Under the pieces are notes generated by a model that was given only the letters and a program-made list of their open reading frames with translations, was not told the origin of the DNA and did no database searches. Source: an uncultured Clostridia bacterium (GTDB lineage Bacteria; Bacillota; Clostridia; Christensenellales; Borkfalkiaceae). Taken from it: 64,000 nucleotides of DNA. Shown piece after piece: positions 1 to 8,251 of the stretch. The translations under genes and the position numbers were made by a program. The stretch lies in assembly GCA_964513195.1 (NCBI GenBank), contig CAZELQ010000001.1:1990-65989 (forward strand), written 5' to 3'. Position 1 is the first letter of the stretch; every line of letters begins with the position of its first letter.

Positions 1-1
1 C

Positions 2-1285
2 GAGGACAAGATTAAGTCGCTCGTTAAGAAATACTGCTCGTTTATGCCGTACAATATTTACGTTAATTACAAGGGCGACGGCAAGGACGCGCCTTTGAAT
101 ACCGTTTCGCCCCTCTACTTAAAGGCGCCCAAGGAATGTACCGACGAAGAGTATAAAAGCTTTTATACGGAAACCTTTATGGACTACGACCCCCCGATTT
201 TCTGGGTGCACCTCGACATGGACTACCCGTTCAAGCTCAAGGGTATTCTCTATTTCCCCAAGGTAAAGAATAAGGTTGAGCTGGAACGCGGTAAGGTAAA
301 GCTGTACTGCAACCAAGTATTCATAGCCGACAATATAAAGGAAGTAATACCCGAATTTTTAATGCTTTTAAACGGCGTTATCGACTGTCCGGACATTCCG
401 CTCAACGTTTCAAGAAGCTTCTTGCAAAACGATAAGCAGGTACAGAGAATCACCAAATATATAGTAAAGAAAGTAGCCGACAAACTGACGCAGCTGTATA
501 AAAACGACAGAAAGAAGTATGAGGAGAGCTGGAGCGACCTTGCAAACTTTATTAAGTTCGGTTGCATTAAAGAGAACGATTTCTACGATAAAGTCAAGGA
601 CATTATTATCTGGAAAGATATAAACGGCGAGTATAAGACCATAACCGATTTTCTGGGCAACACCGAAGAGGCTGCGGAAGGCGAAGAAAACAAGGATGAG
701 AAAAAGGAGAGCAAGCCCCGTACGGTTTACTACGTTTCCGATGCGCAACAGCAGGCGCAGTACGTTAAAATGTTTAAGGACAGCGGACTGAACGCCATAT
801 GCTGCGATACGTTTATCGACCCTCATTTCATAAGCTTTATCGAGTACAAAATGCCCGATAAGGTAAAGTTTATGCGAATCGACGCCGACGTCGCCTCCGC
901 GCTCAAGGGTGAGGACGCCGCGGAGGACAGCGTGCTTATCGACATTTTCAAAAACGCAATAGGCGACGATAAAGTGACTATTAAGACGCAGCCGCTCAAA
1001 AACGCCGACGTGCCCGCCATTATCAACGTTGACGAGTATATGAGAAGATATTCCGAGATGGGGCAATTCTACGGAATGACCGACGGCGAACTGAGCAGAA
1101 CGCTCGTTGTGAATACGGCAAACGGTGTGGTCGCAAAGATCAAGGAGCTTGACGAAGAAAAGCAGAAATTTATAGCGAAATACGTATATTCGCTTGCACT
1201 TCTTTCCTTTAAAAAGCTTTCACCCGAAGAGCTTTCGGAATTCATCGGCGACAATATGGAGCTTCTCGATAACTTCATAAAATAA
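2..1285 (+). CDS. htpG: Molecular chaperone HtpG (Hsp90 family), C-terminal part; 5' end lies outside the window
   Basis: The frame is open from nt 2. The translation (FWVHLDMDYPFKLKGILYFPK, LYCNQVFIADNIKEVIPEFL, DIPLNVSRSFLQ) matches the HtpG middle and C-terminal domains. Confidence 0.9.
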   Translation, partial: EDKIKSLVKKYCSFMPYNIYVNYKGDGKDAPLNTVSPLYLKAPKECTDEEYKSFYTETFMDYDPPIFWVHLDMDYPFKLKGILYFPKVKNKVELERGKVKLYCNQVFIADNIKEVIPEFLMLLNGVIDCPDIPLNVSRSFLQNDKQVQRITKYIVKKVADKLTQLYKNDRKKYEESWSDLANFIKFGCIKENDFYDKVKDIIIWKDINGEYKTITDFLGNTEEAAEGEENKDEKKESKPRTVYYVSDAQQQAQYVKMFKDSGLNAICCDTFIDPHFISFIEYKMPDKVKFMRIDADVASALKGEDAAEDSVLIDIFKNAIGDDKVTIKTQPLKNADVPAIINVDEYMRRYSEMGQFYGMTDGELSRTLVVNTANGVVAKIKELDEEKQKFIAKYVYSLALLSFKKLSPEELSEFIGDNMELLDNFIK

Positions 1286-1298
1286 TTCAATTAAAGAG

Positions 1299-1325
1299 AT
1301 AACCGCTTCGGCGGTTATTTTTTTA
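1299..1325 (+). terminator. Rho-independent terminator after htpG
   Basis: Stem ATAACCGC, loop TTCG, stem GCGGTTAT, followed by a T-run. Confidence 0.8.
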
Positions 1326-1347
1326 TGCCCGAATAATATATTATCGT

Positions 1348-2289
1348 ATGACGCTTTCATTTCTGCCACCGGATTTAAACAGGGCAATAGACAGTGTAAA
1401 CGCGGATTATCTGAGCGAAATAAGACTCAGGACAGGACAACCCGTCATTATTCAGTATAAAGGCGAATATAAATATATCACGGCGCACGGAGCGTCCCCG
1501 TCGCCGGAAAGCGCAGTAAAGTGCGGCGACGTACAAAAAATTTTGTTTGCCGCAATCGGGGACAGCGTTTACTCATATACGGACCAACTGAAATACGGCT
1601 TCGTCACCGTGTGCGGCGGCGTAAGAATAGGCGTTGCCGGCGAATACGTGCTCCGCGACGGCGGAGTCCTGAGCATAAAAAACGCGACGTCGCTTAATAT
1701 CAGAATCCCGCACGACGTGACGGGGTGCGGTAAAAGAATATTCGGCGCGGTTAACGCGAAGGGATTAAAAAGCACTCTGTTTTATTCGCTTCCGGGGTTC
1801 GGAAAAACGACGGTGCTAAGGGATTTTGCAAGGCTGATTTCGGAAAATCTGCAAAAAAACGTGCTTGTGTTCGACGAGAGGAACGAGCTAAGCGCCATAG
1901 ACGACTTCGGGCACGGCTTCAACCTCGGCGAAACGTGCGACGTTGTGCGGGGCGCCGACAAGCTTACTTCGTTTACGAACGCAATCAGGGCAATGAATCC
2001 GCAAGTTATAATCACGGACGAGCTATACGGACGTAACGACTATGAGGCAATAAGAAAGACCATTGACTGCGGAATTTGCGTAATAGCGTCGTCGCACGTT
2101 ACCGACGTTGAAATTTTAAAGAAAATGCCCTTCGATTACTACGTGAACCTGACCGGTATAGGAAAGCAAGCGGTTGTCTATGATAAAGCTTTTAATACTA
2201 TTTGTTATTGTGATACTTTCTGCGACGCTGGGAATGGCTTTGTCGAACGAAAAAAAGCGGCAAATGAAAATAATGGCCCAATTCTATGA
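1348..2289 (+). CDS. spoIIIAA: Stage III sporulation protein AA (ATPase)
   Basis: Walker A motif PGFGKTT, about 310 aa, first gene of an eight-gene spoIIIA-like array. The 3' end overlaps the next gene by 110 nt. Confidence 0.85.
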   Translation: MTLSFLPPDLNRAIDSVNADYLSEIRLRTGQPVIIQYKGEYKYITAHGASPSPESAVKCGDVQKILFAAIGDSVYSYTDQLKYGFVTVCGGVRIGVAGEYVLRDGGVLSIKNATSLNIRIPHDVTGCGKRIFGAVNAKGLKSTLFYSLPGFGKTTVLRDFARLISENLQKNVLVFDERNELSAIDDFGHGFNLGETCDVVRGADKLTSFTNAIRAMNPQVIITDELYGRNDYEAIRKTIDCGICVIASSHVTDVEILKKMPFDYYVNLTGIGKQAVVYDKAFNTICYCDTFCDAGNGFVERKKAANENNGPIL

Positions 2290-2605
2290 ATTCAACGAAA
2301 AGTTGATTCTGAATATGAGGTACGGTAAGGAGAAAATAAGCGCGGTAGCGGAAGAATTCGACTACGTTAAGCGTTCCTTAAACGGGGCAAAACCTATAAA
2401 AGGCGAAGAGGGAAAGTTTATCGCCGACTACATTGACAATCTCGGCAAGACGGACCCGTATTCGCAAATAGAATATTTGAGCGAGAGGCGCGAGACGCTG
2501 AAAAAATATAAACAACAAAGCGAAGAAAATTATAAAAGATACGGCTCTTTATATTTTAAACTTTGCCTGATGGGCGGAATACTGATTGCCGTGTTGCTTG
2601 CATAA
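2180..2605 (+). CDS. spoIIIAB: Stage III sporulation protein AB
   Basis: Start chosen at the ATG giving MIKLLILFVIVILSATLG, an N-terminal TM helix like SpoIIIAB. It also has a C-terminal TM helix and sits second in the operon. Confidence 0.75.
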   Translation: MIKLLILFVIVILSATLGMALSNEKKRQMKIMAQFYEFNEKLILNMRYGKEKISAVAEEFDYVKRSLNGAKPIKGEEGKFIADYIDNLGKTDPYSQIEYLSERRETLKKYKQQSEENYKRYGSLYFKLCLMGGILIAVLLA

Positions 2606-2803
2606 ATGGATATAAGTATTATTTTCAAACTTGCCGCTATAGGCATAATAGTTACGATCGTGTGCCAGATTTTAAAAAAATCCGACCGCGAAGATATCGC
2701 TACGGTCGTCAGCTTGGTCGGACTTATCATTGCTCTTACGGTAGTAATTACTATGATTGCCGATCTGTTTACGCAAATAAAACAGCTTTTCGATATATTT
2801 TAA
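2606..2803 (+). CDS. spoIIIAC: Stage III sporulation protein AC
   Basis: 65-aa two-TM protein (MDISIIFKLAAIGIIVTIVCQILKKSDRED...), with the typical SpoIIIAC size and pattern. Confidence 0.85.
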   Translation: MDISIIFKLAAIGIIVTIVCQILKKSDREDIATVVSLVGLIIALTVVITMIADLFTQIKQLFDIF

Positions 2804-3195
2804 TGTATGTTTTACAGTTTTGCGCTATTGCCGTGGTAACGGCAATATGCGCCTTTATATTAAAATCACAGAAATCGGACATGGTTCCGCTATGCCTTAC
2901 GGCGGGCGGGCTTCTGCTTCTTTTATTCGGGTACGATTATCTTTCCGAAAGCCTGTCGTTTATAAAAACGTTTTCCGAACAGACGAATATCGATAAGTCG
3001 GTAATAAGAATAATTTTAAAAGTAGTGGGCGTGGGCTATCTGATCGAGCTCACTGCAAGCTCCATCAAAGACCTCGGGTTTGAAACGATATCGGACAAGT
3101 TAATCTTATGCGGAAAAATTATAATTTTCATTATGTCGGTGCCCATACTGCAATCGCTGTTCGGCGTAATCGTAAAGCTTATACAGCTTTCCTGA
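2803..3195 (+). CDS. spoIIIAD: Stage III sporulation protein AD
   Basis: The internal ATG overlaps the spoIIIAC stop (TAATG). About 130-aa multi-TM protein with LKVVGVGYLIELTASSIKD. Confidence 0.8.
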   Translation: MYVLQFCAIAVVTAICAFILKSQKSDMVPLCLTAGGLLLLLFGYDYLSESLSFIKTFSEQTNIDKSVIRIILKVVGVGYLIELTASSIKDLGFETISDKLILCGKIIIFIMSVPILQSLFGVIVKLIQLS

Positions 3196-4373
3196 AAAGC
3201 CTATTCGCATACGCAATTATTCTCGTTTCGCTTTTCGCCGCGCCTTTGATAATAGGCGGATTTCCGAAGGCTTATGCCGACGAGGGTAAGGAGCTGAGCG
3301 ACAGTATTCAATCAATATTGGACAGCCTCGACCTGAGCGAGATACAGGCCTATCTGGACAAGTACGGCAACGACTTTCTTTTCTCTTTCGGAGATACGGC
3401 CAAAGACATTGCCGAGTATTTATTGCGAGGCAATCTGTCGCTGGACTATCAAAGCTACATTTCCGAACTCCTTTCGGTGCTTTTTAAGGGCGTAATTTCG
3501 CTGCTTCCGGCATTTGCGCAGATTGTTGCAGTCTCTATAATCTGCTCGGTAGCGGCCGGAGCGGAGGGAAGTATACTGAGCAAGACCACCGCAAAGGTCG
3601 TGCGGCTTGCCTGTATGTCGCTCATCATGCTTATTCTTTCCTCCATGTTGGCGGGTATAGTTTCCGAATCGGTGGCGTGTATTACCAATATAAGAAAACA
3701 GGTGGAAATTATAACGCCGCTTTTAGTTACCCTGACCGTTTTGACGGGCGGCGCCGACGCGGGAGCTATATACAGACCGTCCGTTCTGTTTTTGAGCGGC
3801 GGGGCGATAGAAATGGTGAGCTCGTTCATTTTTCCCGCGACAATCACAGTAATTATACTCAATTTTATGTCTAAATTAAATCCCGATATCAGCTTTACGG
3901 GAGTTGCATCTCTCTTAAAGTCGGTTATGAAATGGGTTATAGGCATAACTGTGACCGTATTCGGACTATACATAACGGTGCAGAGTACGTCGTCGTCGCT
4001 TTTCAACGGCATATTCTTTAAGGTCACCAAATACCTTGTGGGAAACTCGGTGCCAATCGTAGGCAACTTTCTTTCCGCCGGCGTCGATATGGTTGTTATG
4101 TCGGGCACGATTGTAAAAAGCTCGCTGGGCATGATGGGCATAATAATGCTGCTGGGAGAAATAATACAGCCTGTTTCGGTGCTGGCTTCTTTTTCCCTTA
4201 TGCTTAAAATAACGGGCGCGATAGCCCAGCCATTGGGCGAGAAAAATTTATATCTTATGTTCAACGACCTGTCGCGCGACGTCGAGTACCTGATTGCGGG
4301 CATACTTATGGTTTCGTTTATGTATTTCCTCGTCGTTATGCTCGTAATAAATTCGGGGTATGCGTTTATATGA
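3108..4373 (+). CDS. spoIIIAE: Stage III sporulation protein AE (start uncertain)
   Basis: Large polytopic membrane protein with a signal-like N-terminus (...FAAPLIIGGFPKAYADEG), fifth in the operon. ATG 3108 overlaps spoIIIAD by 88 nt and lacks an SD. There is no in-frame ATG, GTG or TTG closer to 3195. Confidence 0.75.
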   Translation: MRKNYNFHYVGAHTAIAVRRNRKAYTAFLKSLFAYAIILVSLFAAPLIIGGFPKAYADEGKELSDSIQSILDSLDLSEIQAYLDKYGNDFLFSFGDTAKDIAEYLLRGNLSLDYQSYISELLSVLFKGVISLLPAFAQIVAVSIICSVAAGAEGSILSKTTAKVVRLACMSLIMLILSSMLAGIVSESVACITNIRKQVEIITPLLVTLTVLTGGADAGAIYRPSVLFLSGGAIEMVSSFIFPATITVIILNFMSKLNPDISFTGVASLLKSVMKWVIGITVTVFGLYITVQSTSSSLFNGIFFKVTKYLVGNSVPIVGNFLSAGVDMVVMSGTIVKSSLGMMGIIMLLGEIIQPVSVLASFSLMLKITGAIAQPLGEKNLYLMFNDLSRDVEYLIAGILMVSFMYFLVVMLVINSGYAFI

Positions 4374-4807
4374 AAACGTATATGCTGACGGCGGCGGGAG
4401 TCATATTCCTCGCCGTGCTTATAAGCTTCATAATCCCCGAAGGGAAGCTTAAAAAGAGCGTATCGTTCATACTGCGGCTCGCATGCATTTTCGTTTTAGT
4501 ACAGCCTGTCGGTAAAATTTTCAGCTTTAACAGCGGCGAAAGCGCTACGGCGGCGGAGTACGACTACGAATATTTTTGCTCGGTCTATTCGCAAAACCAA
4601 AGTAATCTGGTAACCGCTAAGGTCAACGAACAATTCGGAACCGACTTGATTTGCGTGGTCGATATAGATTACGACGGAACCCAAATTAAAGAAAACGGGG
4701 TAAGCGTACAAGGAAAATTGGAAAACGGCGTAACAATTCAAGATATTGCGGAATATTTAAGGGAGCTGGGTTATATAAATATAACAGTAAATGAACAGAG
4801 CGATTGA
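4370..4807 (+). CDS. spoIIIAF: Stage III sporulation protein AF (probable)
   Basis: ATGA overlap with the spoIIIAE stop, two N-terminal TM helices, and operon position. Sequence similarity was judged only by pattern. Confidence 0.6.
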   Translation: MKTYMLTAAGVIFLAVLISFIIPEGKLKKSVSFILRLACIFVLVQPVGKIFSFNSGESATAAEYDYEYFCSVYSQNQSNLVTAKVNEQFGTDLICVVDIDYDGTQIKENGVSVQGKLENGVTIQDIAEYLRELGYINITVNEQSD

Positions 4808-5147
4808 ATACGTAAAAGAACACAGAAAAATCTTCGTAATACTGATTCTTCTGATACTGTTCGTTTTACTCGGCGTAGTACTTTACGGAAGCAACAAGTC
4901 AATAACCGACGTTTCGACGACAAGCAGCTCCGAAACCGAATTGAAGCTTATGAATATTCTTTCGGAAATAGAGGGCGTGGGTAAGGCCGAGGTTATGATA
5001 ACCGAAACCGAAAACGGCGTGGACGGCGTTATCATAGTCTGCGAGGGGGCAAACAATATAATGACGCGCAACGACGTTCTCAATGCGGTAATTACCGCTT
5101 TTAAAATAGAAAAATCTAATATAGCAATCTATGCTATGAATAAATAA
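4791..5147 (+). CDS. spoIIIAG: Stage III sporulation protein AG
   Basis: N-terminal TM helix plus ILSEIEGVGKAEVMITE...GVIIVCEGA, the characteristic SpoIIIAG ring-building motif region. Confidence 0.8.
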   Translation: MNRAIEYVKEHRKIFVILILLILFVLLGVVLYGSNKSITDVSTTSSSETELKLMNILSEIEGVGKAEVMITETENGVDGVIIVCEGANNIMTRNDVLNAVITAFKIEKSNIAIYAMNK

Positions 5148-5159
5148 GGAGACAAAAAC

Positions 5160-5645
5160 ATGACAAAGAAGAAAAAGATTATCATTATGTCCTCATTGGT
5201 GCTCTTGCTTGCGGCTACGGCGATACTCAACGTATTGCTTGTAAACAAGGGAACGAGAGTAGAGGCCGACGCAGTAGAGACGGCGAATTATTTTACTTCG
5301 TACCGCTCCGAAAGAACGGCGAAAAGAAGTGAAGAGCTTGTCCAAATCGACAGCGTGATAGAGCTCTACGAGGCCGGCAGCGAAAAGTATGAAGAGGCCG
5401 TAGATATGAAGATGAAGATAGTCGGCATTATGGAAAACGAGCTCGTTATCGAAACGATGGTTAAGTCGCTCGGCTTCACCGACGCGGTCGTATCTATCGG
5501 CATGGATTCCGACAACGTAAACGTATTTATAAATACCGACGAACTCGATACCACGGCGGCGCTCTCCATATATAATCTTTTGAGAAACGAACTCGGCGTT
5601 CCCGCAACCAACATAATTATAATGCCCGTATACACACAAATTTAA
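5160..5645 (+). CDS. spoIIIAH: Stage III sporulation protein AH
   Basis: SD AAGGAG upstream. N-terminal anchor followed by a YscJ/FliF-like C-terminal domain pattern. Last gene of the operon. Confidence 0.75.
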   Translation: MTKKKKIIIMSSLVLLLAATAILNVLLVNKGTRVEADAVETANYFTSYRSERTAKRSEELVQIDSVIELYEAGSEKYEEAVDMKMKIVGIMENELVIETMVKSLGFTDAVVSIGMDSDNVNVFINTDELDTTAALSIYNLLRNELGVPATNIIIMPVYTQI

Positions 5646-5654
5646 GTTAAGCAG

Positions 5655-5683
5655 TTGCAAAACCGAGCGATATGTGGTATACT
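5655..5683 (+). promoter_or_regulatory. SigA-type promoter for the asp23-family gene
   Basis: TTGCAA (5655-5660), 17-nt spacer ending in TGG, TATACT (5678-5683), i.e. an extended -10. Confidence 0.55.
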
Positions 5684-5726
5684 AACTTAAAGGCGGTCAG
5701 TTCCGTCTTTAAGGAGTAAAGATTAA

Positions 5727-6062
5727 ATGGCTCATATCAGACACGACCCGACGTCAACCCAAAAAGGCAAGATTTCCTATAATTCGGGAATCGTAATAGG
5801 CATTGTTGCGCTCGCCATTTCCGAAGTAGAGGGCGTAAGTCTTCTGAACACGAAAAATAAGGGCATTAAGCTCAACTTCGATAAACAGGGCATTATCGCC
5901 GATATCGGGGTTAAGGTTGACTACGGTTACAACGTGCCCTCGCTGGCATTCAGGATTCAGCAGTCGATAAAGCACAACGTTGAATCTATGACAAATTACA
6001 AAATCGCCAAGGTTGACGTGCACGTACAGGACGTTGAGTTCCCCGAGGACTCTGTTATTTAA
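5727..6062 (+). CDS. Asp23/Gls24 family envelope stress protein
   Basis: ISYNSGIVIGIVALAISEVEGV and KIAKVDVHVQDV are typical of the Asp23 family. It occupies the same position upstream of nusB as in Bacillus. Confidence 0.85.
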   Translation: MAHIRHDPTSTQKGKISYNSGIVIGIVALAISEVEGVSLLNTKNKGIKLNFDKQGIIADIGVKVDYGYNVPSLAFRIQQSIKHNVESMTNYKIAKVDVHVQDVEFPEDSVI

Positions 6063-6077
6063 GAAAATATAATGATT

Positions 6078-6114
6078 ATTCCCTTAATGCACGGATTAAG
6101 GGAATATTTTATTT
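6078..6114 (+). terminator. Rho-independent terminator after the asp23-family gene
   Basis: Stem ATTCCCTTAAT, loop GCACGG, stem ATTAAGGGAAT, then ATTTTATTT. Confidence 0.75.
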
Positions 6115-6124
6115 GGGTTAAATT

Positions 6125-6526
6125 ATGAGAACGGTTGCAAGAGAAACACTTTTTAAAATCGTATATTCTTCCCAATTCGTCGATATCTTCGACGAACAGC
6201 TTAAAAAATCTCTCTATAAGTCCGCCGAACTTGACGAGAACGACAAGGCTTATTGCGAAAAGCTTTTAAACTTAATTTCAGAGCGCCGCGAAGAGCTTGC
6301 AAAGATTATCGACTCGCACTCTGTCGCATTTCCCGAAAAGCGCATCTTCCCTGCGGACAGGAGCATACTTTTAATCGCCCTTTCCGAAATTTTATACTGC
6401 GACGATATACCCGATAAGGTTTCGTTAAACGAGGCCGCGAATATCGCCTCCAAATATTCGTCGGAGAAGAGCGCAAATTACGTGACGGGAATACTGTCGG
6501 CGGTTGTCGGAGGGAAAAATGGTTAA
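6125..6526 (+). CDS. nusB: Transcription antitermination factor NusB
   Basis: 133 aa. RETLFKIVY...ADRSILLIALSEILY...VSLNEAANIASKYS is typical of NusB. Confidence 0.9.
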   Translation: MRTVARETLFKIVYSSQFVDIFDEQLKKSLYKSAELDENDKAYCEKLLNLISERREELAKIIDSHSVAFPEKRIFPADRSILLIALSEILYCDDIPDKVSLNEAANIASKYSSEKSANYVTGILSAVVGGKNG

Positions 6527-7373
6527 GATTATCGACGGTAAAAAACATTCAACGGAAATCCGCGGGGAGCTGAAAACGCGCGCGCAGCGTTTTAAGGAAA
6601 AATACGGCGAAGAGATAGGCCTCGCCGTTGTGCTGGTGGGCAGCGATCCGGCCTCTCAGGTATACGTCCGTAACAAAATAAAGGGATGCGAAGAGGTCGG
6701 AATCAAGTCATTTGCATATTATCTACCCGAAGAAGCCGCTCAAGAGCAGGTCATGGAAGTGGTTGAAGAGCTTGTCGGAAATCCCGCAATTCACGGTATT
6801 TTAGTGCAGTTGCCGTTGCCTGAGCATATCGACGCACAACGCGTCCTCAAACTGATTCCGAGAGAAAAGGACGTCGACGGCTTCTGTGAAGAAAATATAG
6901 GCAATCTCTGCCTAAAGCGCGACTGTCTGGTTGCCTGCACTCCCAACGGCGTAATGAAAATGCTGGAGCGCGAGGGCATAGACGTTTGCGGCAAAAACGC
7001 AGTGGTTATAGGCCGTTCCAATATTGTCGGAAAGCCTATGGCAATGCTTCTTCTTAACGCCGACGCTACCGTTACGGTCTGTCATAGCAAGACGGAGAAT
7101 TTAAAGGAGGCGTGTTCTCGGGCCGACATTTTGGTTGCCGCGATAGGCAAACCCAAATTCGTAACCGCAGACATGGTCAAAGAAGGCGCCGTAGTTATCG
7201 ACGTGGGTATGGACAGAGACGAAAACGGCAAGCTGTGCGGCGACGTCGACTTCGTGAACGTTAAAGATAAGTGCAGCTTCATAACGCCCGTCCCCGGCGG
7301 AGTAGGTCCGATGACGATTACAATGCTGTTATACAATACGGTTACCGCTGCCGAGAGGAGCAAGAAAAATTGA
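6519..7373 (+). CDS. folD: Bifunctional methylenetetrahydrofolate dehydrogenase/cyclohydrolase FolD
   Basis: Start at MVKIIDGKK, preceded by GGAGGG. Conserved VLVGSDPASQVYVRNK, LVQLPLP and PVPGGVGPMT. Confidence 0.93.
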   Translation: MVKIIDGKKHSTEIRGELKTRAQRFKEKYGEEIGLAVVLVGSDPASQVYVRNKIKGCEEVGIKSFAYYLPEEAAQEQVMEVVEELVGNPAIHGILVQLPLPEHIDAQRVLKLIPREKDVDGFCEENIGNLCLKRDCLVACTPNGVMKMLEREGIDVCGKNAVVIGRSNIVGKPMAMLLLNADATVTVCHSKTENLKEACSRADILVAAIGKPKFVTADMVKEGAVVIDVGMDRDENGKLCGDVDFVNVKDKCSFITPVPGGVGPMTITMLLYNTVTAAERSKKN

Positions 7374-8248
7374 TGGATTTCAGTGAAAAATACTCGGAGT
7401 ACCGCAATTTATTCGAAAGCGTACTTGAAAAAAAATGCGCGGAATTAAAGACGAAGCCCGAAATTTTGGGCGAAAGCATGAAATATAGCCTGCTTCTCGG
7501 CGGCAAGAGGTTTCGCCCCGTTCTGATTTATGCCGTCGGCGAGATTTTGGGCGTAGAGAATGAAATCTTAACGCCCTATTGCCTTGCGCTGGAGTATATT
7601 CATACCTATTCGCTGATACACGACGACCTTCCCGAAATCGACAACGACGATTTCAGGCGCGGAAAGCCGTCGAACCATAAGGTGTTCGGGCAGGCGAATG
7701 CCGTGCTTGCCGGCGACGGACTGTTGAATACGGCGTATTCCATTTTGTTTGCCGAGTGCTTTAAGGGCAACGAATACGTTTCCGCCGCGTCGATTATCTG
7801 CGATTGTGCGGGCATAAACGGAATGATAGCAGGCCAGTCGGCCGATATTCTTCACGAAAACGACGAAAACCCCACCGAAGAGACTTTGGAGTTCATTCAT
7901 CTCAATAAGACGGCAAAGCTTATAATCGCGGCTCTGACTCTGCCTACCGTGTTCAAGGGCGGATTGTATTATTCCGAACTTAAAGAATTGGGTAAAAAGC
8001 TCGGTTATCTTTTCCAACTGACGGACGATATTCTCGACGCTTGCGGCAGCTTTGAAAAAGTGGGCAAAACTACCGGCAAGGATTTAAAGGAAAACAAGTT
8101 AACGTGCGTGAAATTATACGGACTTGATAATTGCAGGCTCCGCGCCGACGTTATAGGCGACGATTGTCACAAAATTATAGACGGAATCAACGGCAATACC
8201 GAATTTTTGCACGGCGTAGTAGATTTTGTAAAGGCAAGGCTCAATTAA
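7373..8248 (+). CDS. ispA: Polyprenyl (farnesyl/geranylgeranyl) diphosphate synthase
   Basis: The ATG overlaps the folD stop (TGATG). It has both Asp-rich motifs: IHDDLPEIDNDDFRRGK and FQLTDDILD. Confidence 0.88.
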   Translation: MDFSEKYSEYRNLFESVLEKKCAELKTKPEILGESMKYSLLLGGKRFRPVLIYAVGEILGVENEILTPYCLALEYIHTYSLIHDDLPEIDNDDFRRGKPSNHKVFGQANAVLAGDGLLNTAYSILFAECFKGNEYVSAASIICDCAGINGMIAGQSADILHENDENPTEETLEFIHLNKTAKLIIAALTLPTVFKGGLYYSELKELGKKLGYLFQLTDDILDACGSFEKVGKTTGKDLKENKLTCVKLYGLDNCRLRADVIGDDCHKIIDGINGNTEFLHGVVDFVKARLN

Positions 8249-8251
8249 ATT

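Noticed and set aside
1286-1347. A SigE-type promoter upstream of spoIIIAA.
   Set aside because: Only about 20 nt separate the htpG terminator from the ATG, and I could not find a convincing match to the SigE -35/-10 consensus.
2563-2802. N-terminal extensions offered by the ORF track for spoIIIAD (2563). Similar extensions are offered for ispA (7271), hisH (to 27448), hisG (to 30944), whiA (to 52918), lexA (to 22847) and the DnaD-type gene (42423).
   Set aside because: The extensions overlap the upstream genes, have Arg/Cys-rich nonsense composition, and lack an SD. The internal starts coincide with ATGA/TAATG coupling or good SD sequences and with conserved N-termini.
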